Shown in pieces: positions 37,617-47,650 of a DNA stretch of 64,000 bases (the stretch's first letter is position 1; every line of letters begins with the position of its first letter). The DNA comes from a bacterium (lineage in GTDB: Bacteria > DRYD01): NCBI GenBank assembly GCA_039630415.1, contig JBCNVB010000025.1, positions 11,419 to 75,418 of the forward strand, read 5' to 3'. The notes below the pieces were generated by a model. The model was given only the letters and a program-made list of their open reading frames with translations. It did no database searches and was not told the origin of the DNA. The position numbers and the translations under genes are program-made.

Positions 37617-38510
37617 ATGGGAATACTAGTAAACAAATCAACCAGAGTGTTGGTACAAGGAATTACCGGCAAAGAAGGAAGCTTCCATACTCAAAGAATG
37701 CTAGAATATGGTACCCAAATAGTTGCTGGAGTTACTCCCTATAAAGGAGGTCAATCATTCCTTGGTATACCTGTTTTCAACACTGTTAAAGAAGCAATCG
37801 AAAATGTAGGCCATATAGATGCTAGTGTCATATTTGTACCAGCATTACAAGCAGCTTCCAGTATTATTGAAGCGTGTACAGAAGGAATAAAACTAATCGT
37901 AGTTATTACCGAAGGAATACCACAACACGATATGCTTAAAGTTCATTATTATCTTAACAAATATCAATCCAAAATGATAGGTCCCAACTGCCCGGGAATA
38001 GCAACCGCTGGTGAATGTAAAATTGGCATAATCCCTAACAACGTCCTAGAACCAGGAATTGTAGGATTGGCATCAAGAAGTGGAACTATCTCTTATGAAA
38101 TTCTCAAATTGCTAAAAGATAATTCCCTTGGTCAAACAACAGTAGTCGGGCTAGGAGGAGATCCTCTTATTGGTCTTAGATTCAAAGATGTATTGGAAAT
38201 GTTTTTAGAAGATAATCAAACTCAAGCAGTAGTTATGGTAGGTGAAATTGGAGGTAGTGATGAAGAAGATTCAGTACCCGTAGTTAAAAAACTAGTTGAA
38301 AATAACAAACCCGTAGTAGCATTCATAGCAGGAAGAAATGCACCGGAAGGTAAAAGAATGGGACATGCAGGAGCTATCATCATGGGTAAATCAGGTAAAC
38401 CTGAATACAAAATCCAAAAACTACAAGAAGCAGGAGCAATAGTAGTCGATACAATATCCTCCATCCCTTCTATTCTCAAACAAAAACTTGTAACACTAAA
38501 CAAAAGCTAG
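37617..38510 (+). CDS. sucD: succinyl-CoA ligase alpha subunit
   Basis: VQGITGKEG, GPNCPG, SRSGT, phospho-His motif MGHAGAII; AGGAGG Shine-Dalgarno. Confidence 0.9.
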   Translation: MGILVNKSTRVLVQGITGKEGSFHTQRMLEYGTQIVAGVTPYKGGQSFLGIPVFNTVKEAIENVGHIDASVIFVPALQAASSIIEACTEGIKLIVVITEGIPQHDMLKVHYYLNKYQSKMIGPNCPGIATAGECKIGIIPNNVLEPGIVGLASRSGTISYEILKLLKDNSLGQTTVVGLGGDPLIGLRFKDVLEMFLEDNQTQAVVMVGEIGGSDEEDSVPVVKKLVENNKPVVAFIAGRNAPEGKRMGHAGAIIMGKSGKPEYKIQKLQEAGAIVVDTISSIPSILKQKLVTLNKS

Positions 38511-38525
38511 TGGAGGTGGACAAGT

Positions 38526-38780
38526 ATGGCTCAGAAAAAATCCGGTAGTGCAAGCAAAAACGGGAGAGATAGCAATAGCAAAAGACTAGGTGTAAAAGCT
38601 TTCGATGGACAATTCGTAAAAGCAGGTAACATCATAGTAAGACAAAGAGGTACAAAAATATATCCAGGTATCAACACAGGTCTGGGATCTGACTATACAA
38701 TATTCGCACTTTGCGACGGAGTAGTAAAATTCAGAAAAACTAAACATAAAACCTTTGTAGATGTAGTAAGTAGTGTATAA
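38526..38780 (+). CDS. rpmA: 50S ribosomal protein L27
   Basis: [38 protein letters not shown]. Confidence 0.95.
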   Translation: MAQKKSGSASKNGRDSNSKRLGVKAFDGQFVKAGNIIVRQRGTKIYPGINTGLGSDYTIFALCDGVVKFRKTKHKTFVDVVSSV

Positions 38781-40497
38781 CAGATTAATTCTCATACAGT
38801 CTTTTCTTAAACCTTCTATAGCTGTTATTCTAGACAGCAATGAAATATACAGTGTTTTACTTGACGTAGAAGGCTCAGAAGTAGGAAATATTTATAAAGG
38901 AAGAGTAACAGCTATACAAAAGGGGATAAATGCTTGTTTTGTAAGCTTAGGACAAGGAAAATCAGGTTTCTTGAATTTAGCCGATGTACCCCCCATAGTA
39001 GAAATCAAACCCAACTCGTTTATAATGGTAAAAATAAAAAAAGATCAGGTAAAAGGAAAAGATCCTCAACTATCAGCACAAATTACACTCGCAGGTAAAT
39101 ACACTATCCTTCTACCCTTCGAAAATTCAATAAAAGTATCCAACAGAATAGAAGAAAAAGATACCCAAGAAATACTAGTGCATAAAATATATCACATAAG
39201 AGAAAAATTAAGTCAAAAGTATTCTGAAATAAAAAATATTGGTTTTATAGCAAGGACAAATTCTAAATATTGCGACGCTATACAAATGCTTAAAGACATT
39301 GAAAATTTATACCAAACCTGGCAAAAAATTCTAGAAGATTATAATAAGTCCAACTATGAAAAACTACTTTATAAAGATGAAAGCTTTGCAATTAGAGTAA
39401 TAAGAGAATTTTTCGATTCAAAGACAAAAGTCATAGTAGATAATAAAGATGATTACCTATACATAAAGAACTACTTGTCATTTTTTGAGCCAGAATATGT
39501 TAATTGCGTAGATTATTTTGATCCTCTAAAAGCGAAAAAAAATCTACTGGAATTCTATAACGTAAGAATAGATTTGAATGATTTTATAAAAACTAAGATA
39601 AATTTACCAATTGGAGGATATTTAAGTATCCAACATACTGAGTTAGGAACAACCATAGATATTAACTCAGGTAGTTACATGGAACAAACACCACAAGAAA
39701 CTTACAAAAACTACAATCTAAAGGCTATAAAAGAAATAATAAGGCAGATTAGATTGAGAGACATATCTGGTATAATCCTCATAGACTTTCTCAAAATTCA
39801 TGATGAAATTGAAAAACAAAAAATGTATACCAAAATAATTGAAGAGATTGAAAAAAATTTAAAAGAGGACAAAAAGAAAGTTAAGATATGGGATTTTACT
39901 AAACTTGGTATACTAGAAATAACAAGAGAGAGGACAGAAGAGGAAAATTACAACAAAATATCAACCCCATGCAAATATTGCCAAGGTTCAGGATATACCC
40001 TATCACCCAAATACCAAGCCTATCAAATAATCAACTCCATAAATTCCTACATTGTCAAGCTAGTAAGCTCAAGAGAGAAAAACTTATATGTTGAGATTTC
40101 TGTAGACATCTTACCTTTTTTCCTCGAAGAGTATGTTTACAACAACTATGACAAATTCTTACACGATTACGGATTTAAATTAGCGGTAAGAACTTTTAAA
40201 CACTCATATTATTTACCCAGACAATCGAAATATAAAATAAAAGCTTTGCAGAATTTTAGTAGCTTTGATAGTTCAATAGAAATGGACTTTCCCAAAGTGG
40301 GTGATATTTTGGAATTAGAAGCCTGGTATCTTCGTGAAACACATTCCAACATAGTTTTCTCAGTTTATAAAAGATTTCCGATTATAATACAGCATGAAAT
40401 TGAACCCATATCTGAAGGAGTAAAAAACATTAAAGTTGAAATAAAAAAAGTGATACCCTTCTATTACATTGAAGGATATAAAATAGAAGGAGGTTAA
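38773..40497 (+). CDS. Rne/Rng-family ribonuclease (RNase G/E-like)
   Basis: S1 domain [22 protein letters not shown], catalytic [14 protein letters not shown], Zn-link-like CKYCQGSG. Confidence 0.75.
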   Translation: MYNRLILIQSFLKPSIAVILDSNEIYSVLLDVEGSEVGNIYKGRVTAIQKGINACFVSLGQGKSGFLNLADVPPIVEIKPNSFIMVKIKKDQVKGKDPQLSAQITLAGKYTILLPFENSIKVSNRIEEKDTQEILVHKIYHIREKLSQKYSEIKNIGFIARTNSKYCDAIQMLKDIENLYQTWQKILEDYNKSNYEKLLYKDESFAIRVIREFFDSKTKVIVDNKDDYLYIKNYLSFFEPEYVNCVDYFDPLKAKKNLLEFYNVRIDLNDFIKTKINLPIGGYLSIQHTELGTTIDINSGSYMEQTPQETYKNYNLKAIKEIIRQIRLRDISGIILIDFLKIHDEIEKQKMYTKIIEEIEKNLKEDKKKVKIWDFTKLGILEITRERTEEENYNKISTPCKYCQGSGYTLSPKYQAYQIINSINSYIVKLVSSREKNLYVEISVDILPFFLEEYVYNNYDKFLHDYGFKLAVRTFKHSYYLPRQSKYKIKALQNFSSFDSSIEMDFPKVGDILELEAWYLRETHSNIVFSVYKRFPIIIQHEIEPISEGVKNIKVEIKKVIPFYYIEGYKIEGG

Positions 40498-40502
40498 AAT
40501 AA

Positions 40503-42041
40503 ATGATAAATAGCTTATTGGTTAGAATTTATCGTCAAATAGCCATATATATTGCAATTATAATATCGATATTTAACTTTAGCTATTCTTCCGAAGAAAT
40601 ACAGAAAATAGTTGAGTATAATAAACCTGCAGTAGTTTTAATATACATGCATATTTCGGGTACAGTGACTTTTTTCGAGCCATCGTTCAATATGCAAGCA
40701 TTACAAGAACTGGAATTTGAACTTCGGGAGCTAATCGATACCGGAGTATTTGGAGAAACTGAAGATGAAGCTAGACCTAAAATAAAAGAATACATAATAA
40801 GCAAAATAGCTTCAAACCCTAAAAAGTATTTCATACCTTCAGCTAAGAAAACAGTCGTAAATGTAAATACTGGAGGAATGGGAACAGGAGTAATAATTAA
40901 TTCAAATGGATACATACTAACAGCTACACACGTAGTAGAAATGGAGGAAGAAGAGCTTAGACAAGTAGTGGTTAGTGAATTTCTCTTAGGTATGATCCTG
41001 GATTATTTTATTCCTGGTCTAGAAACTTTATTAGGAGAATCTCTAGACCAAGAAGACTATCCATTAGTTGAAAAAATGGTTCTTGCTTATGTATCAGCTT
41101 ACCCTAACAGCTTTGCACTCGAACCCCAGAAAAGGATATATGCAGGATTAGGTGTAGCAGAAAAAGGTAAGTCAAACGTTGGGGCTTTCTTTAAACCAGC
41201 TTCCGTCATAAGACTCGGATCAAGCGAAAAAGTATCAGATATAGTTAACATGGGTAGAGATATCGCAGTTATTAAAATAGATCAAACTAACCTACCAGTA
41301 TCGATAGTTTCAGAACAAGAACCTGCAGAAGGATCAGAAGTAGTAATAGTGGGTTATCCAGGAAATGTTCACTATTTTGCAGGAGAACTATTTGAACACT
41401 TTTCTATTCTTAAACCAACCATTACAAAGGGAATAGTATCAGCAATAAGAACTTCAAACAAAGGAGTAAGAGTTATACAAACAGACGCTACGATAAGCAA
41501 AGGTAACAGTGGAGGACCAGCATATAGTAAAACCGGTAAGATAATAGGTACAGCAAGCTGGTCAATAAAAGATCCAGTTCTACAAACCAGCGTTAAAAAC
41601 TATGGAATCCTAGTATCCTGTGCAGAAATCAAAAACTTCCTCAAAGAAGTTAATGTAGAAAATAAACTCACTGAAATAGATACTAACTATCAAAAAGGGG
41701 TGGATGAATATTTTGCACAAAAGTATAGAAACGCTCTAAGATATTTCAAGAAAGTCCAAGAATTGTATCCAGATCATCCATACGTGAAGGACTATATCAT
41801 TAACTGCCAAACTTACATAGATCAAGGAAAAGATAGAAGTGGTATAAGCTTGGATAACAACATGATATTAATACTCATAGGATTAGGTGTACTGGCTTGC
41901 GGTGGATTAATGTTAATTATAGCAGCTGCAGTAGCTTACTTTGTTTTCTTTAGACCCAAAGCACCAAACATGGCTAGTTACTCATCAACTCCTACTTATG
42001 GTAGATCTAAAAATATACCTCCCAATATAAGACCTGAATAG
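40503..42041 (+). CDS. trypsin-like (S1) serine protease with a TPR-like segment and C-terminal TM anchor
   Basis: GTGVIINSNGYILTATHVV (His), DIAVIKI (Asp), GNSGGPAY (Ser); N-terminal signal/anchor; C-terminal hydrophobic helix. Confidence 0.75.
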   Translation: MINSLLVRIYRQIAIYIAIIISIFNFSYSSEEIQKIVEYNKPAVVLIYMHISGTVTFFEPSFNMQALQELEFELRELIDTGVFGETEDEARPKIKEYIISKIASNPKKYFIPSAKKTVVNVNTGGMGTGVIINSNGYILTATHVVEMEEEELRQVVVSEFLLGMILDYFIPGLETLLGESLDQEDYPLVEKMVLAYVSAYPNSFALEPQKRIYAGLGVAEKGKSNVGAFFKPASVIRLGSSEKVSDIVNMGRDIAVIKIDQTNLPVSIVSEQEPAEGSEVVIVGYPGNVHYFAGELFEHFSILKPTITKGIVSAIRTSNKGVRVIQTDATISKGNSGGPAYSKTGKIIGTASWSIKDPVLQTSVKNYGILVSCAEIKNFLKEVNVENKLTEIDTNYQKGVDEYFAQKYRNALRYFKKVQELYPDHPYVKDYIINCQTYIDQGKDRSGISLDNNMILILIGLGVLACGGLMLIIAAAVAYFVFFRPKAPNMASYSSTPTYGRSKNIPPNIRPE

Positions 42042-42063
42042 ATAAAAATAACTTAGTTCATAA

Positions 42064-45000
42064 ATGATTAAAGATCGAGATTTTGTTCACCTCCATCTCC
42101 ATTCCTCTTTTAGTATTCTCGATGGAATGATAAAAGTAGATGATTTAGTAGAAAGAGTAAAAGAATTAGGAATGACAAGCGTAGCAGTAACAGATCACGG
42201 ATCTTTATCCTGTGCAATCTACTTCTATGATAAAGCAATTGAAAACAATATAAAGCCAATAATTGGGGTTGAAATGTATCTAACCGATGATATTAATAAC
42301 AAACATATACAAAACTCAAAAAACTATCATTTAGTCCTGTTAGCCAAAAACTTTGAAGGTTACAAAAACCTAGTCAAACTACTAACAATAGCAAATCTAG
42401 ATGGATTCTACTATAAGCCTAGAATAGATAAAAAACTTCTCTCTCAGTATAGTAAAGGGCTAATAATGTTAACCTCATGTTTGGCAGGAGAAATCCCACA
42501 GTCTATCTTGTATGATAATATCCCTCAAGCACATAGAATACTCGAAGAATACATATCTATCTTTGGGAAAGAAAATGTTTTCGCTGAGTTTCAATACCAT
42601 CATCTAAAAGAGCAACAGAAGGTAAATCAAGAATTAGTTAAACTATGCAAAAAATTCGGAATTAAAAGAGTAATTACCAATGACGCACATTATCTAACAA
42701 AAGACAATTATTATGCTCATGACGTTTTACTATGCATTCAAACCAAAAAAAGAATAGATGAACCAAATAGGATAAGATTTAGTACAAATGAATTTTATGT
42801 CAAGTCAGCAAAGGAAATGTATGACCTTTGGGGGGATGATTTTAAAGATGCTATCCTTAATACGAGGCTGATAAGTGAAATAGTAGATATTAAATTTCCT
42901 GAAAACATTTACTATTTACCTAAAACTGAAAATAGTAACAAACTCCTAAGGGAACTATGTTACAAGAATCTTCCTACTAGATATCCCAGTTATGATGAAA
43001 AAATCATAGATAGACTGGAGTATGAATTATCAGTCATCCAAGAAATGGGATTTTGCGATTATTTCCTGATTGTATGGGATTTTATCAACTGGGCTAGAAT
43101 GAATGATATACCTGTTGGACCAGGTAGGGGATCAGTAGGAGGAAGTATAGTTGCTTATATACTCGGTATAACTCAAATAGATCCTATAAAGTACGGGCTT
43201 CTTTTTGAAAGATTTCTAAATCCAGGTAGAAAATCTCTGCCAGACATAGATACAGACTTTTGTCAAGTCAAGAGAGATAGAGTAATAGAGTACTGTATAG
43301 AAAAGTATGGTAGGAGCAGAGTGTGTAGTATAGGTACTTTTGGAACGATGAAAGCCAGAGCTGCAGTTAGAGATGTAGCTAGAGTTATGGGTTTCTCTCC
43401 TTCTTGGGCTGATAACCTAGCTAAAATGATCCCCATGAATATGTCCCTAAAAGAAGCCATTAAAGAAATACAGGAACTAAAAAAAGAATACAATAACAAC
43501 CAAGATGCAAGAAAAGTGATTGATTTAGCAATCGATTTAGAGGGAAACATAAGGAATCAATCAGTACACGCTGCAGGAGTAATCATTTCTTCCATAGATA
43601 TTGATGAGTTAGTACCATTGGTGAAAACAAACGATGCAATATGTACTGGTTACGATATGAACTCTGTAGAAAGATTGGGATTTGTAAAGATGGATTTTTT
43701 AGGACTAAGAACTTTGACACTTATACACGATACAGTAAAAACTATAAAGCAAACTGAAAATATAGAGCTAGATGTATACAATTTAGATCTCAATGATAAG
43801 AAAACTTTTGATTTACTCTGTAATGGAGATACAGTTGGAGTTTTTCAAGTAGAGAGTGCAGGTTTTAGAAAGCTGTTAAAAGAACTTAAACCAAGCAGTA
43901 TAAATGATATAATAAGTGCTTTAGCACTTTATAGGCCGGGACCTCTTGAAAGCGGATTAGTAGCCAAATTCATTGAATGCAAACACAATCCCTCAAAAAT
44001 AGAATATCTTCACCCAGATCTAGAACCCATCCTTAAAGAAACATATGGCGTTATTGTATATCAAGAACAAATAATGATGATAGCGAACAAATTTGCTAAC
44101 TTCTCTCTTTCTCAAGCAGACGATCTTAGAAAAGCAATGGGTAAGAAAAAACCAGAAATAATGGAAAAATACAGAAATATTTTCATAGAAGGATGTATAC
44201 AGAATGGATACTCAAAAGAGTTAGCAGAACAGCTTTTTGATATAATTGAAAAATTTGCAGGGTATGGATTTAATAAATCCCACTCGGCTGCATACGGTCT
44301 AATAACTTACATAACTGCTTACTTAAAGGCCAATTATCCACATGAATATCTGTCTTGTTTACTAAAAAGTGTTGAAACTAATCCCAAAAAACTCAAAATT
44401 TTCCTAAGAGAATGCTTTGATAAGGGAATTGATGTATTACCTCCAGATATCAATAAAAGTCACGAAAGTTTCACGATAGAAATAAACAACGATAAAAAAT
44501 CTATAAGGTATGGATTGATGGGTATAAAGGGATTAGGTGAAGCCGTAGTTAGAGAAATAATATCCAAAAGGAAAAGTGAATTCAGGGATATTTATGACTT
44601 TTACAGCAGGGTTAATCATCAAATAGTTAACAGAAAAGCTCTTGAGATACTTATTTTATCCGGATGCTTTGATAGTCTTCATCCCAACAGGATGGAATTG
44701 ATTCAAAAAATAGATTCCATACTTTCAAGAAAACGATCCACTGCACTTTTGTTCGAAACTAAGCAAGATAAATCTGAAACCAAGCAAGATAAAGATGTAC
44801 AACCACTCGATACATTAGAGCTACTGAAACTAGAAAAAGAATACCTAGGAGTATACCTATCTGACCATCCATTAAATAAAATCAACCTTAGAATTGATAA
44901 AAATATTGAACAGATAAAAGAGGAAAAAATCAAGCAAGTACAAGTTGTCGGAGTTATAAGCAATCTACAAGAAAAAATAACCAAAAAAGGTAAAATGGCA

Positions 45001-45489
45001 GTATTTGAACTAGATGACCCATACGATAGCATAGAAGTAGTTGCATATACCGATGTATTTCAGAAATACAAAGAAAAAATAAAGGAAGGAAGTATTGTAA
45101 TCATTCATGGAGAGCTAATACATGAAAGCGACGATGAAACTGAGGAAGAAGACTACAAAATAATTTGCAAAAAAATAAGCTCCCTTGATGATAATATTAT
45201 TGAAACCCAAACTACAAAATATAAACTCAATTTCTTTGTAGAACTATCAAATGACTTTCCAGAAGAAGATTACTACAAATTTATTGACACTATTAACAGT
45301 ATGATTGATAATCAAGGAGAGATTAAGATTAATTTTGAAATCTATCAAGCGGAAAAATACGAGTTAATAGATGTAAACAAGTATATCACATGGGAAAAAT
45401 ACCAAACTATTTCTACTATTCTCAAAACAGAGTTTAAAGATCTCGAAAAATACGTAAAAATAATACCTGAAATAATTTTGGAAGGGTAG
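42064..45489 (+). CDS. dnaE: DNA polymerase III alpha subunit
   Basis: PHP domain FVHLHLHSSFSILDG, PDIDTDF, GLVKMDFLGL, FNKSHSAAY, OB fold. Confidence 0.95.
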   Translation: MIKDRDFVHLHLHSSFSILDGMIKVDDLVERVKELGMTSVAVTDHGSLSCAIYFYDKAIENNIKPIIGVEMYLTDDINNKHIQNSKNYHLVLLAKNFEGYKNLVKLLTIANLDGFYYKPRIDKKLLSQYSKGLIMLTSCLAGEIPQSILYDNIPQAHRILEEYISIFGKENVFAEFQYHHLKEQQKVNQELVKLCKKFGIKRVITNDAHYLTKDNYYAHDVLLCIQTKKRIDEPNRIRFSTNEFYVKSAKEMYDLWGDDFKDAILNTRLISEIVDIKFPENIYYLPKTENSNKLLRELCYKNLPTRYPSYDEKIIDRLEYELSVIQEMGFCDYFLIVWDFINWARMNDIPVGPGRGSVGGSIVAYILGITQIDPIKYGLLFERFLNPGRKSLPDIDTDFCQVKRDRVIEYCIEKYGRSRVCSIGTFGTMKARAAVRDVARVMGFSPSWADNLAKMIPMNMSLKEAIKEIQELKKEYNNNQDARKVIDLAIDLEGNIRNQSVHAAGVIISSIDIDELVPLVKTNDAICTGYDMNSVERLGFVKMDFLGLRTLTLIHDTVKTIKQTENIELDVYNLDLNDKKTFDLLCNGDTVGVFQVESAGFRKLLKELKPSSINDIISALALYRPGPLESGLVAKFIECKHNPSKIEYLHPDLEPILKETYGVIVYQEQIMMIANKFANFSLSQADDLRKAMGKKKPEIMEKYRNIFIEGCIQNGYSKELAEQLFDIIEKFAGYGFNKSHSAAYGLITYITAYLKANYPHEYLSCLLKSVETNPKKLKIFLRECFDKGIDVLPPDINKSHESFTIEINNDKKSIRYGLMGIKGLGEAVVREIISKRKSEFRDIYDFYSRVNHQIVNRKALEILILSGCFDSLHPNRMELIQKIDSILSRKRSTALLFETKQDKSETKQDKDVQPLDTLELLKLEKEYLGVYLSDHPLNKINLRIDKNIEQIKEEKIKQVQVVGVISNLQEKITKKGKMAVFELDDPYDSIEVVAYTDVFQKYKEKIKEGSIVIIHGELIHESDDETEEEDYKIICKKISSLDDNIIETQTTKYKLNFFVELSNDFPEEDYYKFIDTINSMIDNQGEIKINFEIYQAEKYELIDVNKYITWEKYQTISTILKTEFKDLEKYVKIIPEIILEG

Positions 45490-45525
45490 AAAGATAGGAA
45501 AATTGAATTACTAAATAGAACTAGT

Positions 45526-46365
45526 ATGGATATTTATGTAGACATAGGTAATACCCATACAGTTTTTGGTATACTAAGAAATCGGCAAGATAAAGAAAGT
45601 AAGCAAACTACTGACATAAGAAAAAACATAGAACAAAACTTAAGAGAATTAAGGTTTTCCACCAAGAATATAGAAACTTCTGAGGACATATACTCTAGTT
45701 TATTTCCTTTCTTAAAAGATGAAGTTTTGGAGAATAATAAGCTTAGATTGAATAACTTTATTGTCTCTTCAGTAGTTCCTCAACTTAATTTTGCCATAGA
45801 AAGATTCATAGAAAAGTACATAGATAGTGCTAATATATATTGGGTTGAAGCAAGAGATGATTTAGGTATAGATTGGCAAACTGAAGATTATAAAGAAATG
45901 GGTGCTGATAGAGTTGCAGATATACTTGGTGCTATTGCTTTGTACGATGACAATTTCATAATAGTTGATTTTGGGACGGCTATAACCATTGACATAATTT
46001 CAAACAGAAAGTATATTGGAGGATCAATATCACCAGGATTCCTCCTACTTATCAAATCACTATTTCAAGAAACTGCTAAACTACCTATGGTAGAAATTAA
46101 ACCAACGCTCAAAATAGCAGAGAATACAACAATAGGACAAATACAACTTGGAACTGTAGATATTATGTGTAGAGGGATAAATAATTTAATCCAAGAAGTC
46201 AAAAACCATTATGGCAATTTGAAGGTATTACTAACTGGTGGATTCTCTACCATAGCTCAAAAAGTAATTCACTGCGATGATGTTGTCCCTATGTTACAGT
46301 TTATTGGTATGAACTATTATGCATTAATATGTAAACAAAGAAACAATGTACGTACAGGGGGGTGA
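45526..46365 (+). CDS. coaX: type III pantothenate kinase
   Basis: VDIGNTHT, GADRVAD, DFGTA, LTGG motifs. Confidence 0.85.
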   Translation: MDIYVDIGNTHTVFGILRNRQDKESKQTTDIRKNIEQNLRELRFSTKNIETSEDIYSSLFPFLKDEVLENNKLRLNNFIVSSVVPQLNFAIERFIEKYIDSANIYWVEARDDLGIDWQTEDYKEMGADRVADILGAIALYDDNFIIVDFGTAITIDIISNRKYIGGSISPGFLLLIKSLFQETAKLPMVEIKPTLKIAENTTIGQIQLGTVDIMCRGINNLIQEVKNHYGNLKVLLTGGFSTIAQKVIHCDDVVPMLQFIGMNYYALICKQRNNVRTGG

Positions 46366-46369
46366 AATC

Positions 46370-46990
46370 ATGATGAAAATGATAAGAAATCTGGTAATAG
46401 TACTAATTACAATCTTAGTAATGACGTATCCAATTATAGCGGAAAATAAGAGTGGTTGTGGTTGTTCATGTGCTCCAAAAGCAAAAGAAACTACCAAACA
46501 AGTATCAACTAAACAAAATCTATCCAAAGTTACCCTAGAAGATCTCGTATCAGGTGAAAAAGTTGATATAGATTTATCTTCAAATAAACATCTTCTACTA
46601 TTTCTCGATAGCAACACCATTTCAAATTCTAAACATGTAGAAGAAATTTCAAACTGGATTAAACAAAACAAAATGAAAGTTAATGTATACACCATCTTAT
46701 CAGGTGATCAAAAAGAAAAACTATCTTCCCTAGCAAAAGAAAATAAATTAACATCAGCTCTATGGGATTCAAACAAGAATCTTGCTAATCATTTTAACGT
46801 GACAAAGTATCCCATGGCATTATATGTTGTTGAAGGTAAAATTCAAAACTCTACCACTAATCTGGAAATGTCTAATGTAAAGAAAATAATTTCGGATAAG
46901 AAAATGTCAGGTAAAGAAAAAGAAGGATGTGGTAAAGTTAATTGCCCTTGTGGAGCAAATTGTAACTGCGGACCAAATTGTAAGTGCTAA
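46370..46990 (+). CDS. secreted TlpA/thioredoxin-fold-like protein lacking CXXC, with Cys-rich termini
   Basis: Signal peptide. The mature N-terminus contains GCGCSC. The core resembles TlpA/ResA (..NHFNVTKYPMALYVVEGKI), but the CXXC position reads DSNTISNS. The C-terminus is GCGKVNCPCGANCNCGPNCKC. ATG at 46370 follows GGGGGGTGA. Confidence 0.5.
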   Translation: MMKMIRNLVIVLITILVMTYPIIAENKSGCGCSCAPKAKETTKQVSTKQNLSKVTLEDLVSGEKVDIDLSSNKHLLLFLDSNTISNSKHVEEISNWIKQNKMKVNVYTILSGDQKEKLSSLAKENKLTSALWDSNKNLANHFNVTKYPMALYVVEGKIQNSTTNLEMSNVKKIISDKKMSGKEKEGCGKVNCPCGANCNCGPNCKC

Positions 46991-46998
46991 TTTTTTTA

Positions 46999-47035
46999 AC
47001 TACTACCAGTGGTTAAGTTAAACACTGGTAGTAGT
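46999..47035. other. perfect 13-bp stem / 11-nt loop hairpin in a 52-nt intergenic spacer
   Basis: ACTACTACCAGTG-gttaagttaaa-CACTGGTAGTAGT, read directly. A T7 run precedes it on the plus strand rather than following it, so it is not a canonical terminator. Confidence 0.6.
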
Positions 47036-47042
47036 ATGCGAG

Positions 47043-47579
47043 ATGGTTGATCTAGGCAAACTTGTTAAAACTGACATATATGTAAGATACTATGAAACAG
47101 ACAGGATGAAAGTAGTTCATCACTCCAACTATTTCAGGTATTTCGAATTAGGTAGGTGTGATTTCTTTTCACAAAAAGTAATACCTTATTCTATTCTAGA
47201 AGAGAAATACTATGTTTTGAGTCCTTTGATATCTGCTTATTGTAAGTTCTATAGAGCTTTGAAATTTGAAGATATTCTTTGTTTAGTAACCTTTGTAAAT
47301 CGGTTTGATGGTATTAAAGTAGAGTTCGGTTATTTGGGATTATATGGTAGGAATAGTATGCAAGAGTGCAGCAGTTTGTTAACTAGATATTTTTCGAGTA
47401 GGAAAAGGTTTGATAGTTTAGTATGTTTTGGTACTACGGAACATATCTTCGTAGATGCTCAAACATTTAAACCAGTAAGGGCAAAAGTGTATATAGAGGA
47501 GAAAGGGGATAGTTTAGATAGGATAATAATGGATATGAGGGTAGGTGCGGCTGTAGCTCAACTGGATCAGAGCATGTGA
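47043..47579 (+). CDS. 4HBT/YbgC-like acyl-CoA thioesterase (hotdog fold)
   Basis: VRYYETDRMKVVHHSNYFRYFELGR matches the YbgC N-terminal motif. The last 11 codons overlap tRNA-Arg. Confidence 0.6.
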   Translation: MVDLGKLVKTDIYVRYYETDRMKVVHHSNYFRYFELGRCDFFSQKVIPYSILEEKYYVLSPLISAYCKFYRALKFEDILCLVTFVNRFDGIKVEFGYLGLYGRNSMQECSSLLTRYFSSRKRFDSLVCFGTTEHIFVDAQTFKPVRAKVYIEEKGDSLDRIIMDMRVGAAVAQLDQSM

Positions 47580-47621
47580 CTTCGGATCACAAGGTTGTGG
47601 GTTCGAGTCCCACCAGCCGCG
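47547..47621 (+). tRNA. tRNA-Arg (anticodon UCG), no encoded CCA
   Basis: Acceptor GCGGCTG/CAGCCGC, D arm GCTC..GAGC, anticodon stem TGTGA/TCACA with loop CTTCGGA, T arm GTGGG-TTCGAGT-CCCAC. Confidence 0.9.
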
Positions 47622-47650
47622 CAAACCTACCATCCTAATCTCTAAACCCC

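Noticed and set aside
44758-44799. Imperfect 21-bp tandem duplication in dnaE (AAGCAAGATAAA twice; TKQDKSETKQDK)
   Set aside because: It is a small in-frame duplication in a linker before the OB fold, with no sign of functional significance.
46324-46695. 123-aa minus-strand ORF overlapping coaX and the Cys-rich protein gene
   Set aside because: It is antisense to two better-supported CDS and has no motif. It is a shadow ORF.
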